A stretch of 64,000 nucleotides of DNA, taken from the NCBI GenBank assembly GCA_050084515.1, contig CM114271.1, positions 21,886,001 through 21,950,000 of the forward strand, written 5' to 3'. Below the pieces are notes generated by a model. It was not told the origin of the DNA, made no database searches, and saw only the letters and a list, made by a program, of their open reading frames with translations. Origin of the DNA: Blasia pusilla (lineage: Eukaryota). Position numbers and translations under genes: made by a program. Positions 49,474 through 64,000 of the stretch are shown here, piece by piece (the first letter of the stretch is position 1; each line of letters opens with the position of its first letter).

Positions 49474-52400
49474 CTACTTTTGATTTGAGTAAACAGCATC
49501 CACGTCGTCGAGGTCCAACAGTTTTTCCATAAGTGCTTTGTTCAGGTCCATCGCTTCGTCATCAGGCTGGTACCTCAATCCACACATTTCGAAAATATAC
49601 ATCTCAATGCCGTGCACTCTTCAGTATTTGAACAAGTAACGACAAGAAAACTCGTATATTCCGTCTCTCATCATTCAATTGTCACTTTGTGCGAACGACC
49701 TCTCTGGTGTGAGGTAAACTACTCTAGGGCACAGAATTGAAGCTGCGTAGAGGCTCTCTGGGAAGCATTTGACTGGGCTCAATCCGTTTCGTTGGATTAG
49801 GTGACACATTGTGCACGATTGGCTGAGAGGAATCCAATTATTTGGAAGAAATGTAAAACTTGCAAGTTTGTCCACCCGTGACTGTATTACTTCATATTTT
49901 AGATCGATGAAATCGATTTTAGATAAAGACCACAATCACACAAAAGAATCGGAAGGAAGAAAGGAGGAGCGACTTACCTCGATTGCTGCCACGGGAAAAA
50001 GTTCAAGACCAGAGTGATCGGAGTCCACCGGCATTCCGGCTTCCTTCAAGCTCTGGCTGACTGCGGAAAATTGGTCCGCTGGTGTGAGAACCCTGTAGAA
50101 CCTGAACACCAAACCACCGGAGAAACATTTGAGAAGCTTTGCCACGTCCCCTAAAGTCGCTTTTAGCTGTTCTAATACCAGGGTCCAAACATCGAAGTTT
50201 TGTCTACTGCAGTTGCACTACATGATATCTAAATTTGCTGGAACAGAAGAGTAGAATAACTATCTTCGTCACAGTTATTTTTGAGCGGGGAGAAGGATAC
50301 TTTGCTTCTCCATCGTCCTCGTCCTCATCTTCATATACAGGAGGTTCTAGAACATCCTCTGCTCCGGCGTCCATAGCTGCCATTAAAAGTTCATCCCCCG
50401 AGACTCTGGCAATCTCGACGTAAACCACTCCTGTACGCTTGAAATTAAAGAGGACTGACCCCGGATCTGCCATCTTGCCACCTCCCTTCTTCACCACATC
50501 ACGAATGTTAGCAGCGGCACGGTTGTTGTTATCCGTCAAAACTTCCAAAACAAGTCCTACGCCTCCGAGTCCATAAACCTGCCACATCAGTACGCTTGTC
50601 CGTGTCAGACCTATGCCAGTACATGAAAACTTTCCTGGCATAGTGGAATGAATGGCATCCGCCACCTTCGCGAGATATACGGTTATCTTCTGATAAAGGT
50701 ATACCTGTCTCCGTCGATTGAAATTCAATAAGCACAGTAGCTTACACCACGCCCAAAGTTCCATTGCTAGGACGGCTCTCTCTCCTTATGACAGGAGGAT
50801 GATTAGCACACCAAGGTAGATAAGTCACCAAGCCTGTCTGGTACACTTTGGCCGGAATTCAGATACACCAACGGCATCTCAACTAATCTGTTGCCATTAG
50901 GATCGACTTGAATCCCATCCTCGTTATCACGAGAAATTACAAGGGAGATGTTTCCAGCTGTTTTATGATGCATCTGTCATCTAGAGGGCAAGACCTGGAG
51001 GCAAAAGTTGCACAATTCTGAACTAATGTCTGAGAGACTTACATGTCTGCAATTACAGGAGCTGATTCACAAGAGGAGACGTGAGAAGGCAACTCGTTCT
51101 CAACATTAATGAGGACCACTTTAAAAAAAATCCTTAAAACAGCGAGTTTATTAAAGAACTGATTTATTCCCCTCAGGACTTCAAGTAATAATATTTGCAA
51201 TTCGTGAGTGGAAAGTGAAAACTAGATCTTGTAAGAATCTTGCAGTAAGGGCCTGACCCGGGCACAACCTTCCACAAAGAAACTGATGAAAAAATCATCA
51301 GTTTTGGCGAGGGCCTAAATTAGTCTGCAAGCTTAACCTTTCAAGTATTTGTGGTTGCCAGGAAAACTCAATTGTCGAACAGATTCTGTAATTGATATGC
51401 TCGAATGAAGGCTCGGCTTGGGTGATGTGAGATGTGATATCATGATCAAATGGAAAGGAAGAAGTTAAATGAGTGACTCGGTCAGACTTGTCACAAATAT
51501 ATTTGATTCTAGGAGAATGGACTCCTGATTTTTCAAATCCTGAAATGTTGACAACTGTATTTGTGGGCAGATCGGGAAGGCAGTTTTGAAAGTTTGAAGT
51601 AGGTACTTAGGAACATTTAGGGCCAGTGCAAAGCACAGGCGCTCATTACTAGTACTCTTTAACTAACCTGTGTCTTTTTGTTCATCTTAGTATCTTGACC
51701 AGTACTAACGGAAGCTTCATTTTCATCTGCGAGAACATATGGACCAACCGCCAGACTCCTTAAGTGTCTGGGTCAGGGTATACAGTTCATACCAGTCAGT
51801 TTCAATACTCCTCACAGTCAGATCCTTTGAAATATGAAGTTAGAAACGGCAGAGTTTTTTACTGTGTTTACATAGTTGTCCACTTGCAACCTAACCCTCC
51901 ATATCTGAGGGCCGCTCTAGGTGTTGATAATTCAACACGCTATTGTAACTGATCCTAGGATAATAGACTCTAGACCTGATCCACGATGTGGAGCAGTTTT
52001 TTTCGCATCCATGTGTAAAATTTTCCATATCAGGATACACTTCAAATGCCTGGAAACAATAACCAGGAAACTAGCTTTAAGCAGAGGGAGGAGCAAGGCA
52101 TGAAATGTAGAGGGTTCATCAATGAAGAGCGCTGTACAAGGAACTCTTTACACTTAACAAACAGCTCTGTCTTCAAAACCATGTACATCATAGGAAATGG
52201 GCCTAAGGGCTCTGACAACTTCGAAACCATAACAGGAAATGCATGAAATTGGATGGAGCAACAGTAAAACACCACATGTATTGGAGCTCTGATCCAGAAA
52301 ACTGGATCAGAGCTCCAAAACATGTGGTGATTGTCGACTCAGTGAGTCATTACAGACACCACTTTCTTTTCGGCTTAAATGCACATATACTTTCACTGAG

Positions 52401-54373
52401 TGAACCGAAACATAAGAAGTTATGTTGAGTAAGATCAAGCTCTGAATTAAAAGGCTTACCTCGAAAGTTGTCTCCACAAAGTCTGCCTGGGACTTGTCAC
52501 TGGCTTTCTTCATGTTCCGATCAATAATTTCCTTTGGCACATCGTACTGCTTAGCTAGCGTTAGGAGATTTGCTAGCACTGCATTTGCTGTTGGACTTGG
52601 ACCACCTTCTTTGACTCTGCACACACAGCAAATTCTTGGTACTTGGACATTGGAGGTATGATACGCACCAACTGGTCCGACCCTAACTAAGGGGAGGAAG
52701 GCAGTTCAGAAGAGATCTTCATTCAAACTGGGAAAAACAAAATAATTGACAGAGAAAATTCACATGTGCATCGGTGGGGAGTTGATCTTCGACTGAGAAG
52801 AAGGGAGTCCGAGTCAATTCAAGAGGACTTGCTTGAATGAAACCTTTACTCCAAGAATCTCAAATGATCATGATGTTGATGCGAGACAAACACATGAATG
52901 AAGTTTCAAATCGACCAGGACCAAGAAAGACCATGGGACAAGGAAAGTAACCCACGCTGAAACTATCTGCTTCCCAATCTTGCCGTACAACTTTGCCTTC
53001 TTCCTGTCTTGTGCTCCCTGCAGCAACACTTTCCTCTTCAGACTGTCGGATTTCATAACCTAAGCTACTAAGAGTCTCGGAATGGACCTTCGTTCACCTA
53101 ATCAGATGGAGAAAGCTGAGTGATTGGAACTGCTACTATGCAGGAAACCGTCAAAATTATTCAGGTAGCCTACTATACACTTTTTGGAAAGAGACACACA
53201 GCATGAAGGGTGGGATAGCCAGAGTAACTCGGGAAAAACCGTTGGCAGAGTGTAAGATATACCAAACTCACCAGATATTACCTTTCTTGTGGCAATCTTG
53301 GACGAACGCCTCCCCATTTGTAGGGGCGAAGTAGTCCACAGCTTACGTGGACCTTGAATGCTTCGGTGTTGCCAGATCCCTCTAGTACCTTGTTCCATCT
53401 CTCTTCCTGAACGGTGACCATTACCTCCCCAAATCCCGGCGTTGCTGTTTGAGTCAGCAATCTCTGCTTCAGGGCCACAATTTATTCTCCTAGAACCAGA
53501 TACTTTAGAGGTCGGACTCGAACTTTCTGCTCCATGTGATCAACCAAAAATTATCAGACTTGATGGGAAGGGAATTCCATTTTAAGAGTGCCGCTCTCGC
53601 ACCTTTGGGGGAAAGAGAAATATGAGCTTTTCCGGAATCTTTCCGAAACAACTTGTGACAGATAATAGGGAGGAGGATTGCAAAATAGGTGTTCTCTTGA
53701 AAAATTTCAGTAAGCTCGACGCTTTAATAGCAACTTTTCGCTCATTATGTTTAACCGGGTGAGAATCAAAAGCTGCTACTTCCGGTTTTTGACAGGTGAG
53801 TTACTGTGACAATGAAGTTCTGTTCTTGAATTCGTCAGAGATAATCGATTAGTCACACACCCCATGGGCAAAGCTCATTCATAAGGCGCGGACACCGCGG
53901 GGAAAATTTCAGCTACCAGAATATCAAATGTCCAATTCTCTTTCAAACACTGTCGGTGATGTCCTTACTTCCAAAAACTCTTAGATGGTGACAAAGGTAA
54001 TCTAATACAACCAATTCTCATGTGCTGGTGCATAAGTTGAGGCCTTGCGTGTGGATGGCAGTCCAATATTACGATCAGAATTTCTTGGGTAGAAAAATTC
54101 GGGTGAACTCAATCATCACATTCAACATTTGCGAAATTTGCTCGTCTACCGCCCTCAGTTCGAAAGTGCATTCACATCAAGAACCTCTAGCTCACCTAGT
54201 TTCTGCACGGAGCTCAAGGCGCGACAGAATCCCAGTCTCCTCAGCCCCTGTGAACGACGCCTGCCTGTGGCTCCTCCTGCATGGGGATGGCACAGATAAC
54301 CATTCTTAGCTCCAGGGTATCGAGCAAAAGAGGAAGGACAGAGTATTGCTCTCAGCGCCGTGGAGGCCCTCAT
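49474..54373 (-). CDS. YebC/PmpR/TACO1-family protein (At2g25830-like) with N-terminal organelle transit peptide, about 378 aa, 7 exons
   Basis: Exons (minus): 54373-54196, 53526-53282 (acceptor inferred from phase), 53017-52956, 52616-52460, 50578-50301, 50101-49978, 49566-49474; total 1137 nt. Reads MGRRSSKIATRKGAQDRKKAKLYGKIGKQIVSAVKEGGPSP...EVYGLGGVGLVLEVLTDNNNRA...GSVLFNFKR...AGAEDV...LLDLDDVDAVYSNQK*. Confidence 0.92.
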
Positions 54374-55198
54374 TGCTGCAGTCTGTCTCCTCTTCTAGAT
54401 CTCTTTCTCTCCCTCGCTGGATCATGTAGGCAAGCAAGCAAGCGACTTCGCCGGCCTCTCAAACTTTGACGCTCATCTTTGAACGGTGCCACATTTGTTT
54501 CCTGTGGCATCCAGATAACGCTGCAGCATTAATGCTCTCAATTCATTGCCCAGGCTCGCTCTACAGCCTCAAGGTTTACTTAGGGGTTTGGGATGAGTAA
54601 GCGAATCGATAAACGATATCATTGCAGGGAAAAAGGCCACGCACGCGCGGCTCTTCTATGCCACCGCCTGCTGCCCGCTGCCTGTCAGATCCCGGGGTCA
54701 TGATCTACCAGCGTACCGAGCGGTCGGTCCGTCAACTCGGTTCACACCGGCGCGGCGGGTCGACAACAGCCGCCGGCGTCCGCGTCGCCCTGCTAACCCG
54801 CCTGCGGTTCCGTAAAAGGAGCCGTCCCGTGGGCCCCTCTCGCCAAGCAAAACAAGGCGAAAAAGCCCCGCTGCTGAGTGCTGCCTTGGCAAAACCTGCC
54901 TCACATTACAAACCTGCGGAGTCCGAGAGAGGGAGAGAGGACGAGGGAGAAGGAGAGAGAGAGATTGAAATTGAGCGGAGACCGAAGAACGCTGCAAAAC
55001 TAGGCGGTGTTCCATACAGCCGAACCCGGCGCTCGGAGCGGTGGGGTCAGGTCGGAGAATCGCGCGCGCGAGGGAGTTTCAGGGCCAGATTTTGGCTCCA
55101 GCTTTTGAGAAGAGTTTGTATCGGCGCGTGTTCGAAAGGACAGTCCGTGGAGGAGAGCATTGCTGTACTCTGCAGTGTGCTTTTGAGGAGAGCCGAAA
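54374..55198. promoter_or_regulatory. Shared divergent promoter and 5' UTR region between the YebC-like and CSU4-like genes
   Basis: Start codons are 825 bp apart head-to-head. The interval is GC/CpG-rich with a GA-rich tract at ~54925-54965. Confidence 0.6.
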
Positions 55199-57312
<2,114 letters not shown>

Positions 57313-60048
57313 GTGTGAGAGATTTTACAGCGGAAATGTGTGATAAAAAATTCATAAAAGTGGTTGTTATACCTTCTCGGCTTTCTTTTGGTCAATTATT
57401 GTTCATCTTGCTGATGTCTACAAATGCCATTGATTATTGTGTACTTATAAAACCCGATATCAGCCTTATTGGTCGCAGGGGGGGTGCTTGCGGATGATTG
57501 ATACTCTCTCTCTACCCTCTTCTTTTTTAATCATACTACTCAGAGACCCTCTCGAGATGGTAACGACTACAGTTCTGCTAACTGTCTGTATAGATGTGTA
57601 CGGGAGTATGGTTTTGGTATTCAGCAAAAGCAATTGAATGCAGTAAAGATAAACCCAACAGTGATTCTGACCTGTGAGCTAGGAAGCGTCGAGTCTCTAG
57701 CTCTAGAACTTTCAATGACTTTGAGCATACCGCAGCCATGCGAAGAAAGAAAATTGATTCAGCAAACTGGCAAACGTATAGAAGAGCTATGTATCTGTAG
57801 AACTATATGCCTTTCTTGGTGCCAACAGTAGTTGGCAAAGGGAGAAGAGAACGTAGTCTCTCGGAGTGTTGAATGTCACAGTCCATGGGATCAATATGTC
57901 AACATAAACAAACATTTCTTCTCTGTACACCGAAGTCTTCACGACAATCCAGCTTAGTGAAGGCATTTAATCTGTTGCTATTTACTAGCTACGCCTGGAA
58001 CCTCCGACTTCCTGGTGTAGCTTAAAATCAGATCCCCGGCATTCTAAGCCACACACGCGAGAGGTTGTGGGTCTCAGAATCTTAAGGCCTTTTAATCCAC
58101 GCCATCTGGATTTGGTGCCAAGCTCCCTTGGGTCTGACCAGTCCACCCAAGAAACCAGACCAGACTTTAGAATTCCTATATTTACCCCGTCTTATAAGAT
58201 TTGCTTCCCAAGTTCTCACAGGGACTTGGAACAGCCTTAAATTTGTTTTTCAACGGCTGCTGGGATCAAGTCAAGGGCCCAACTTTGAAGTGAAGTTGAC
58301 AGCGCGGTCTCCATCGTCTATGCTTGGCACTTGCCAGAATCCTCAAGTTAGATAGGCGAATTGGTTACTGGTGTAGGTCATTCACTTTCCACGTTTGGCA
58401 TGAGTCATCATGGATCTTGTCATAAATCACACAGGTGGGTGAAATGTGAGGAGGAAGTGGATACTCCACTCTACAGTATACGTGAGCAAGATACAAATCC
58501 CGAATCCTGATTCACTCAGTCTCGACAAGAACCCAATTTCTCTGTGAACTCAGCCAAGCAAATTTAAAGATCTCCGACATAGTCCTGATATTGTCGGGGG
58601 TGAAAAATTTTCGGAGTCTCTAAAATCCCATCCGGCAAGACCAATGCCTATCCACAACCGCTCTCCCAACCCCTCACCTGATTGAAATCCTCGTTTGTCT
58701 TGGATCATCGTCAGTTAGGTACCCCCACCATGTAGCATGCGAAAGCACCATGGTGAGAGAAGCCCGGCACTTCACCCTAAGACACAGGATGTGTCGTGTT
58801 CTCGTAATCTTCCTAAGACACCAATGAAGTAACGCCTCGTGCAGCCAATAGCTTCGATTTCCTTAGCTTAGATGCAAGTAGAGAATCTGAGCAGAGGCAG
58901 AAGCAACACCCGTCACTCGTTGCAGGACTGGCCAAGTCACAGTCGCCGACGCGCTTCCGGCAAAGTAAGGAGCCAGGATTCTCGTGCACGTCCATGGCGG
59001 CTGAAACAGCCGCCCACACCGTGGCGGCTCCACTGAGCGACTGAGCTGTCGGGCTCTGGGCACTCACGCACTGGCCCGATGACTTACTTCCCCAAAAGGT
59101 TTCGACTAGCGCCGAACTTCCTTCTGCTTAAACACCGGCTGTATCCTGCCCATAACCCCTCTACATAAATGAGTGATTCCTGTCTTGTCACAAACGCCAA
59201 GACATGGTTACTCGGATGGAAAAGTATGTGAACATCTCAATAGTTAATGATTCTCAAAGGAACCCTACATTGTCCGACCTATACATCACACTTCATTGAG
59301 CATGCAACCGTTGCGGACGTGGAGCCTCCATTGTATTGCGATATGACTAAGCGAATTGCTTTTGACCCGAGTCGAGTTGTGAAAGATTTTCATTGGTAGA
59401 AGTCAAATTTTCCCAACAACCATGGCTCTCTAGCCACACAAGTACAAGGCTGGCTTTTTGAGTCCGTGTATCATCTTCTTTATGAATTCCCCAATACTCA
59501 ACAGACTTGGTTGGACCTTTAATCCCGACGAGTATTTTTCTATGGATTGATTATTCGACACTCTTCTATTCAGGTAGGATTTCTTTTGTTTATACATGGT
59601 ATGAGACCTCCACAAATTTCAGTTCATTACCACTCTTGTTATGGCCCTTTCAAGCTCTAGTCTTTTTTTTTCTCCCCTCTCGAAGGACCGCACTGGTTTT
59701 TTTTTTCCTCTTCGTATAAGCCATACACGTCTACACCCCATAAACGATTCACCACACGAATTTCTTCGCCGCACACTCATTCGTTTAAAAGGTCCGTGTC
59801 ATGAAGTACACCTCATTGAGAATTCCTAGCCAGGCCCCGTTACTCTAGCTCTGGACAAGGCTCAAGTGTGGCAGCGAGACATGTCCTAAATCCCATGCAC
59901 ACTCAACCGGTAGCCCTCGGGGGCCGGGACGAGGCAGCCTCGAGTAGCTGCCCAGACACGTACTCAGATCTCGCCGCGCCATTTGTCACTGCCAAGCTAG
60001 CATAGGCACATGTGGCACCTTTCCATTGACGACTCTCCACCGGCTCGG

Positions 60049-60085
60049 GACACGTGTCGGGATATCGCGCGCAGTGGACGCGTGG
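60049..60085 (+). promoter_or_regulatory. ABRE/G-box plus CE3-like element upstream of PMP3/RCI2
   Basis: Palindromic GACACGTGTC at 60049-60058 and ACGCGTGG at 60078-60085, just upstream of a weak TATA-like CTTATAG (~60105). Confidence 0.5.
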
Positions 60086-60481
60086 ACCCTGTGGACGTCC
60101 AGCCCTTATAGCTCATGACACTCTGTAAGTTCCTACACTTCTCCAAGGACTCTCCCATCGGTATACAACTTCGAGATTGTCGTGACCCCAAGTATCACAG
60201 CACTTTTGAATTCTTCCGGTAGGTAATGTTAAATGCACTCCCGCTTGTACTCGGTGGATGCATAGCAGAGCATTTGTAGGCGGTTGGGATTGGAGTTTGA
60301 AGCTTAAAACCTGCGGCGATCTATGCGGATTTCGACTTTTGAGCGGAATTTTTGTATTTTTAGGCTGGAGAACTGGAGTTTAGATGCAAAGAGTTGGTCG
60401 TAAACCAATTCGTTTGGTATTTTCACGTACGTGGTGAATGAATGACATGAGATTCGACCTATTGCAACAGGAAGCGCAAAG

Positions 60482-60808
60482 ATGGCAAGAGTCAGGAGCT
60501 CGAACGGCTCGTTCATTGATGTGCTCCTAGCTATCCTCCTGCCCCCTTTGGGAGTGTTCCTTGCTTTCGGTTGTGCGGTGCGTTCTTCTTTCATCCTGTC
60601 ATCGCATTCTTTACGTCTTATTGTCCATCAAGCTCCTGCTACGGTATGTTATATCCTAAGGCTAATTTGAACATTCGCTTGCAAGCAATCCGCTCTGGTA
60701 CTAATCCTCGGTTGTGGCTTGCAGTCAGAGTTCTGGATATGTCTTTTGCTGACTATCTTGGGATATATTCCCGGGATCATCTATGCTCTATACGTTCTCG
60801 TAGGCTGA
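60482..60808 (+). CDS. RCI2: PMP3/RCI2/LTI6 (UPF0057) plasma-membrane proteolipid, 59 aa
   Basis: Exons 60482-60577 and 60725-60808 give MARVRSSNGSFIDVLLAILLPPLGVFLAFGCASEFWICLLLTILGYIPGIIYALYVLVG*. Probable 5' UTR intron at ~60223-60470. Confidence 0.95.
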
Positions 60809-61650
60809 ACACAAATCAGCGGAAGATAACGGCAGTTCTAATGAGTGGGCATGAGAGGATATTGGAGCTCAAGGGCCGCAGCTTGCATTAGTCTAGCTTA
60901 CCCGAGCGTTGGCCCTCCATTTGTATAGGGCAGTATAGTTGCGCTGGCTTACTTGAAAGCTTAGCTCTCCATTTGTATAGCGCACCAAAGTTTGTGTGCC
61001 GATCTTACCTCATCATCTCAGATTGAACAGTACCTGATGCATGCTGGTGCAGCTGTGCGACTAGAAGACCGTTTGTAGACATATTTCGATTTACTCTGCG
61101 TAACCATATGTGGAGATGCAGCTGAATAAAATGGACCATTCCATTGGTCCATGTGACTTTTGAGATTATTTGAAATTATACATCTTTGCCTCCCATCCCG
61201 TCCACGCAATACTTAAAATTTCTATCGATGATCAAATTGTTTTACAAACAACTAACATGCGTAAGATTATATCGTTGATAAAATAACGCCAAAGCATGTC
61301 ACTGTACTGAACATGTCCAAATAATCGACGATTTTAATTATTGAACAAATTCAGTAGACTCGAGCCCAACGCCGTATCAAATTCAAAATTTCTCACATAT
61401 GTAATAGACATTCTAGTTCGGATCTATTAGTCAGTCAACATCGGCTGTACCAAGGCCTTGCGAAGGGAGTGCCTTTCTGATAACATAACATGTCCCTTGA
61501 TCCATAAAACAGGCCACAAGGCACAAGCGGCTCAACCATAAAGTCATCAACAAGATCGTGTAACAAACATAATGTCCGAAAATCTCAACTAGCGTGATGT
61601 TGGATAACGTTTATGTTCTCATTAGGGTACCTAAGAGAAAGAACTTCAGG

Positions 61651-64000
61651 TGTTAGAAGACATTTTTCATAGGGATTATACTCTCACTCAATGGTGATTT
61701 CTTAGTAGATTTATTGTAAAATGTGACAGAAAAATTAGTGGTATATTCGAATTGAGATAGGTCTTATACATGTTTGAGTTCCTAAGCTACTTTGCTAGTG
61801 CTATGGCAAGGTTATGTACTCTTGGTAATGCTCCTCCCAAAGGGTTTGTCCTCAACATCCTCCCTAAACTTTGGAATTCTAGACTCCTAATAGTACTCTT
61901 AACTTTTCAAATCCATAGGGCAGTAGACCTTTTGTGAGAATGCGGGCAACATAAAATGTTTACCGTCTCGATTTGTAGTCTCTCTCACACAAAAGTGGTG
62001 TTGCACTTCCATATGTTTGGTGCATGAATGAAATATTGGGTTTCTAGTCAGATAATGTGGAGCTTACGTTGTCTCCACAGATCATGATAGGTTCTTTAAG
62101 GGCAAATCCTAATTCATAAAGGGGACCCTTTAGCCACATAGCTTTACAAGTGGCATGAGATAAACCTATGCACTCGGCATTTGTGTATGTCAAGGAGACA
62201 ATGGTATGTTTCTTTGATGAGAAACTCACCGTTTCAATTCCAATGAGAAGTAACCTAATGTTGACCTACATGTACTACAACATTTGCTTAGTAAGCATCT
62301 GAATATCCATATAATATCACATCATAGTGATTTATGTGGTAGTATGCTAGCCCGTAGGTCCTAGTCTGTTTAAGATTCTCACGATAGGTAAACTTTGATC
62401 TCAAATTCATAATGAATATAATCGAACCCACTAATTGTTGGTATAATTGAACTCTACCTTCTCATCGTTATCATCGTGATAACGATGGTTCGGTTTGCAA
62501 TTTCCTATGCCACATTTTTGTAGTAGATCGGAGATATGGCACACGTGAACTAGGTAGATAATCACGCTCCTCCTATGGATCTCCAAGCGTAAGCAAAACC
62601 ACATGGCACTTAGATCTTTCATGCATTATCGATGCGATAATCCATGTTTGAATTAAGAAATCCCTTCTGCACCATCTCCTACAATGATAATGTCGTTGAC
62701 GTAGAAAACGACTAGCACCACACCATGGGAGGATCTCTTGATGTATATATTTCCATCATTCTCACTCTTTTTGAAGTTGTGGCCTTATCATTGATCATCA
62801 CACTTTGAAAGATTTAGTTCTACTCATAGTTTGCTTGCATCAACCCATAGAGGATCTTCTTGAGTTTACATACTAGATGCTTGTGATCCTAATCCCTCAA
62901 TTGTATGAGGAATACTTCCTCTTGTATTGTAGCATTTAAAAATAAATTATGGACATCCATTTGAAGTAAGGGCTAGTCATGCATAGCAACCAAATATAGA
63001 ATCAAGTAGATGGTATTAGCCTTAGCTATGGATGCATAAGTTTCCTCACAATCAATTCAATGTCTTTGTTTGAAGCCCTTTGCTACCAATTCTGCCTTTC
63101 ACCACAATAATTTTTCATATACATAGTAATTTCATTTATAAAACCATTTTTTAGGAATGGAATTCCTATTGATGGGAAGTTTTACGAGCTCCCATGTCTC
63201 ATTTTCAATGATTGCTTCGTATTCTTTGAGCATGGCTTGGACTCATCTTGGATCATTTGCTACTTTTATGGAATTTCTCGGTTCATTTTCAACCAAAGAG
63301 ATTTGATCAATTGTGGTAAGTGCAAGAACCAGGCACAGTTTTCATAAAGGAAAGGTGGCGGTCCTTTTTCTCTAAAGGGTCGAGTTCTCAATGGTAGTGG
63401 TACTTGACACACATGTATGTTTGTAACCACTATAGGTGTAACCTTTGTCATAGAGAGATTTTTTTGGCCTCACAACTCGGTATTGGAGAACTTGAGTTAT
63501 TAGGATCTTCATAGTCCCATGGAGCTACAATTGGTGTACAACACTTGTCTCTTCATAATCATCCTCTTTTCTTATTGAATGTTGGGTCATAGAGTTTGTA
63601 CGTCCATGTAGTATCTCTGTATCCAATCAAAATACACCGCCGTGATTTATCATCAAGCTTGCATCTCCGAGCATCGAGTATGTGCACATAAGCAATGTTG
63701 CCAAAGATTCGCATATGTTGAACATTTGGTCTTTGCCTTGTGAGTGCCTCCTCTAGGGTCATTAATGACATCATTGAAAAAGATTATGTTGGGAATTTGT
63801 TCAACACATAAACAACAATGTTTATGGCTTCCATCCGGATTCCAAAAAGAGTTAGAAACATTCCTTCCCTTGACCATACATCTTGCCATCTCAACTACTG
63901 GCATATTTCTTCTCCCCTCCACTCCATTTGATTGAGGGCAATAAGTTGTTGTTAGTTGATGATTGATACCATTTCCAATGCAGATTGATTGGAATTCTTT
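61651..64000 (-). mobile_element. Decayed Ty1/copia LTR retrotransposon (integrase-RT-RNaseH and 3' LTR), running off the window
   Basis: Integrase ...VEMARCMV...FW and post-integrase FGNIAYVHILDARRCKLDDKSRRCILIGY; RT FYVNDII (YVDD equivalent, ~62700) and MKDL; RNaseH ICGDNVS and KHMEVQHHF. PPT TTTAGGGAGGA (61868-61858) followed by TGTTGAG at 61857. The LTR far end is at 61651 or 61598. Confidence 0.9.

Noticed and set aside
58813-59067. 84 aa minus-strand ORF between the CSU4-like and RCI2 genes
   Set aside because: GTG start, no recognisable homology and no supporting splice structure.

Overview
Eukaryotic nuclear DNA from a land plant; a bryophyte such as a liverwort is plausible but is inference only. 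Four intact spliced genes can be rebuilt exon by exon with GT-AG junctions and continuous frames: an uncharacterised seven-transmembrane protein (-, 25917-30694), an organelle-type YebC/TACO1 protein (-, 49474-54373), a CSU4/At5g63440-like STEEP1+DUF167 protein head-to-head with it (+, 55199-57312), and a PMP3/RCI2 proteolipid (+, 60482-60808). Most of the rest is transposon-derived. It includes the right arm of a large Mutator-like element (1 to ~11734) with a disrupted multi-exon accessory gene, two nested solo LTRs with 4-bp TSDs and dense arrays of a GGCGGCTA motif. It also includes Helitron-like ends and a head-to-tail array, three decayed copies of an RLE-type (CRE-like) non-LTR retrotransposon, a palindrome-rich ~403-bp tandem/foldback element, and a decayed Ty1/copia element at the right edge. 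The best candidate for a new system is the MULE accessory gene with its motif arrays confined to non-coding DNA, which resembles the VANDAL/VANC anti-silencing architecture; this is a hypothesis. Parts of 1-4200 look like chimeric consensus sequence. No rRNA, tRNA or CRISPR array was recognised.
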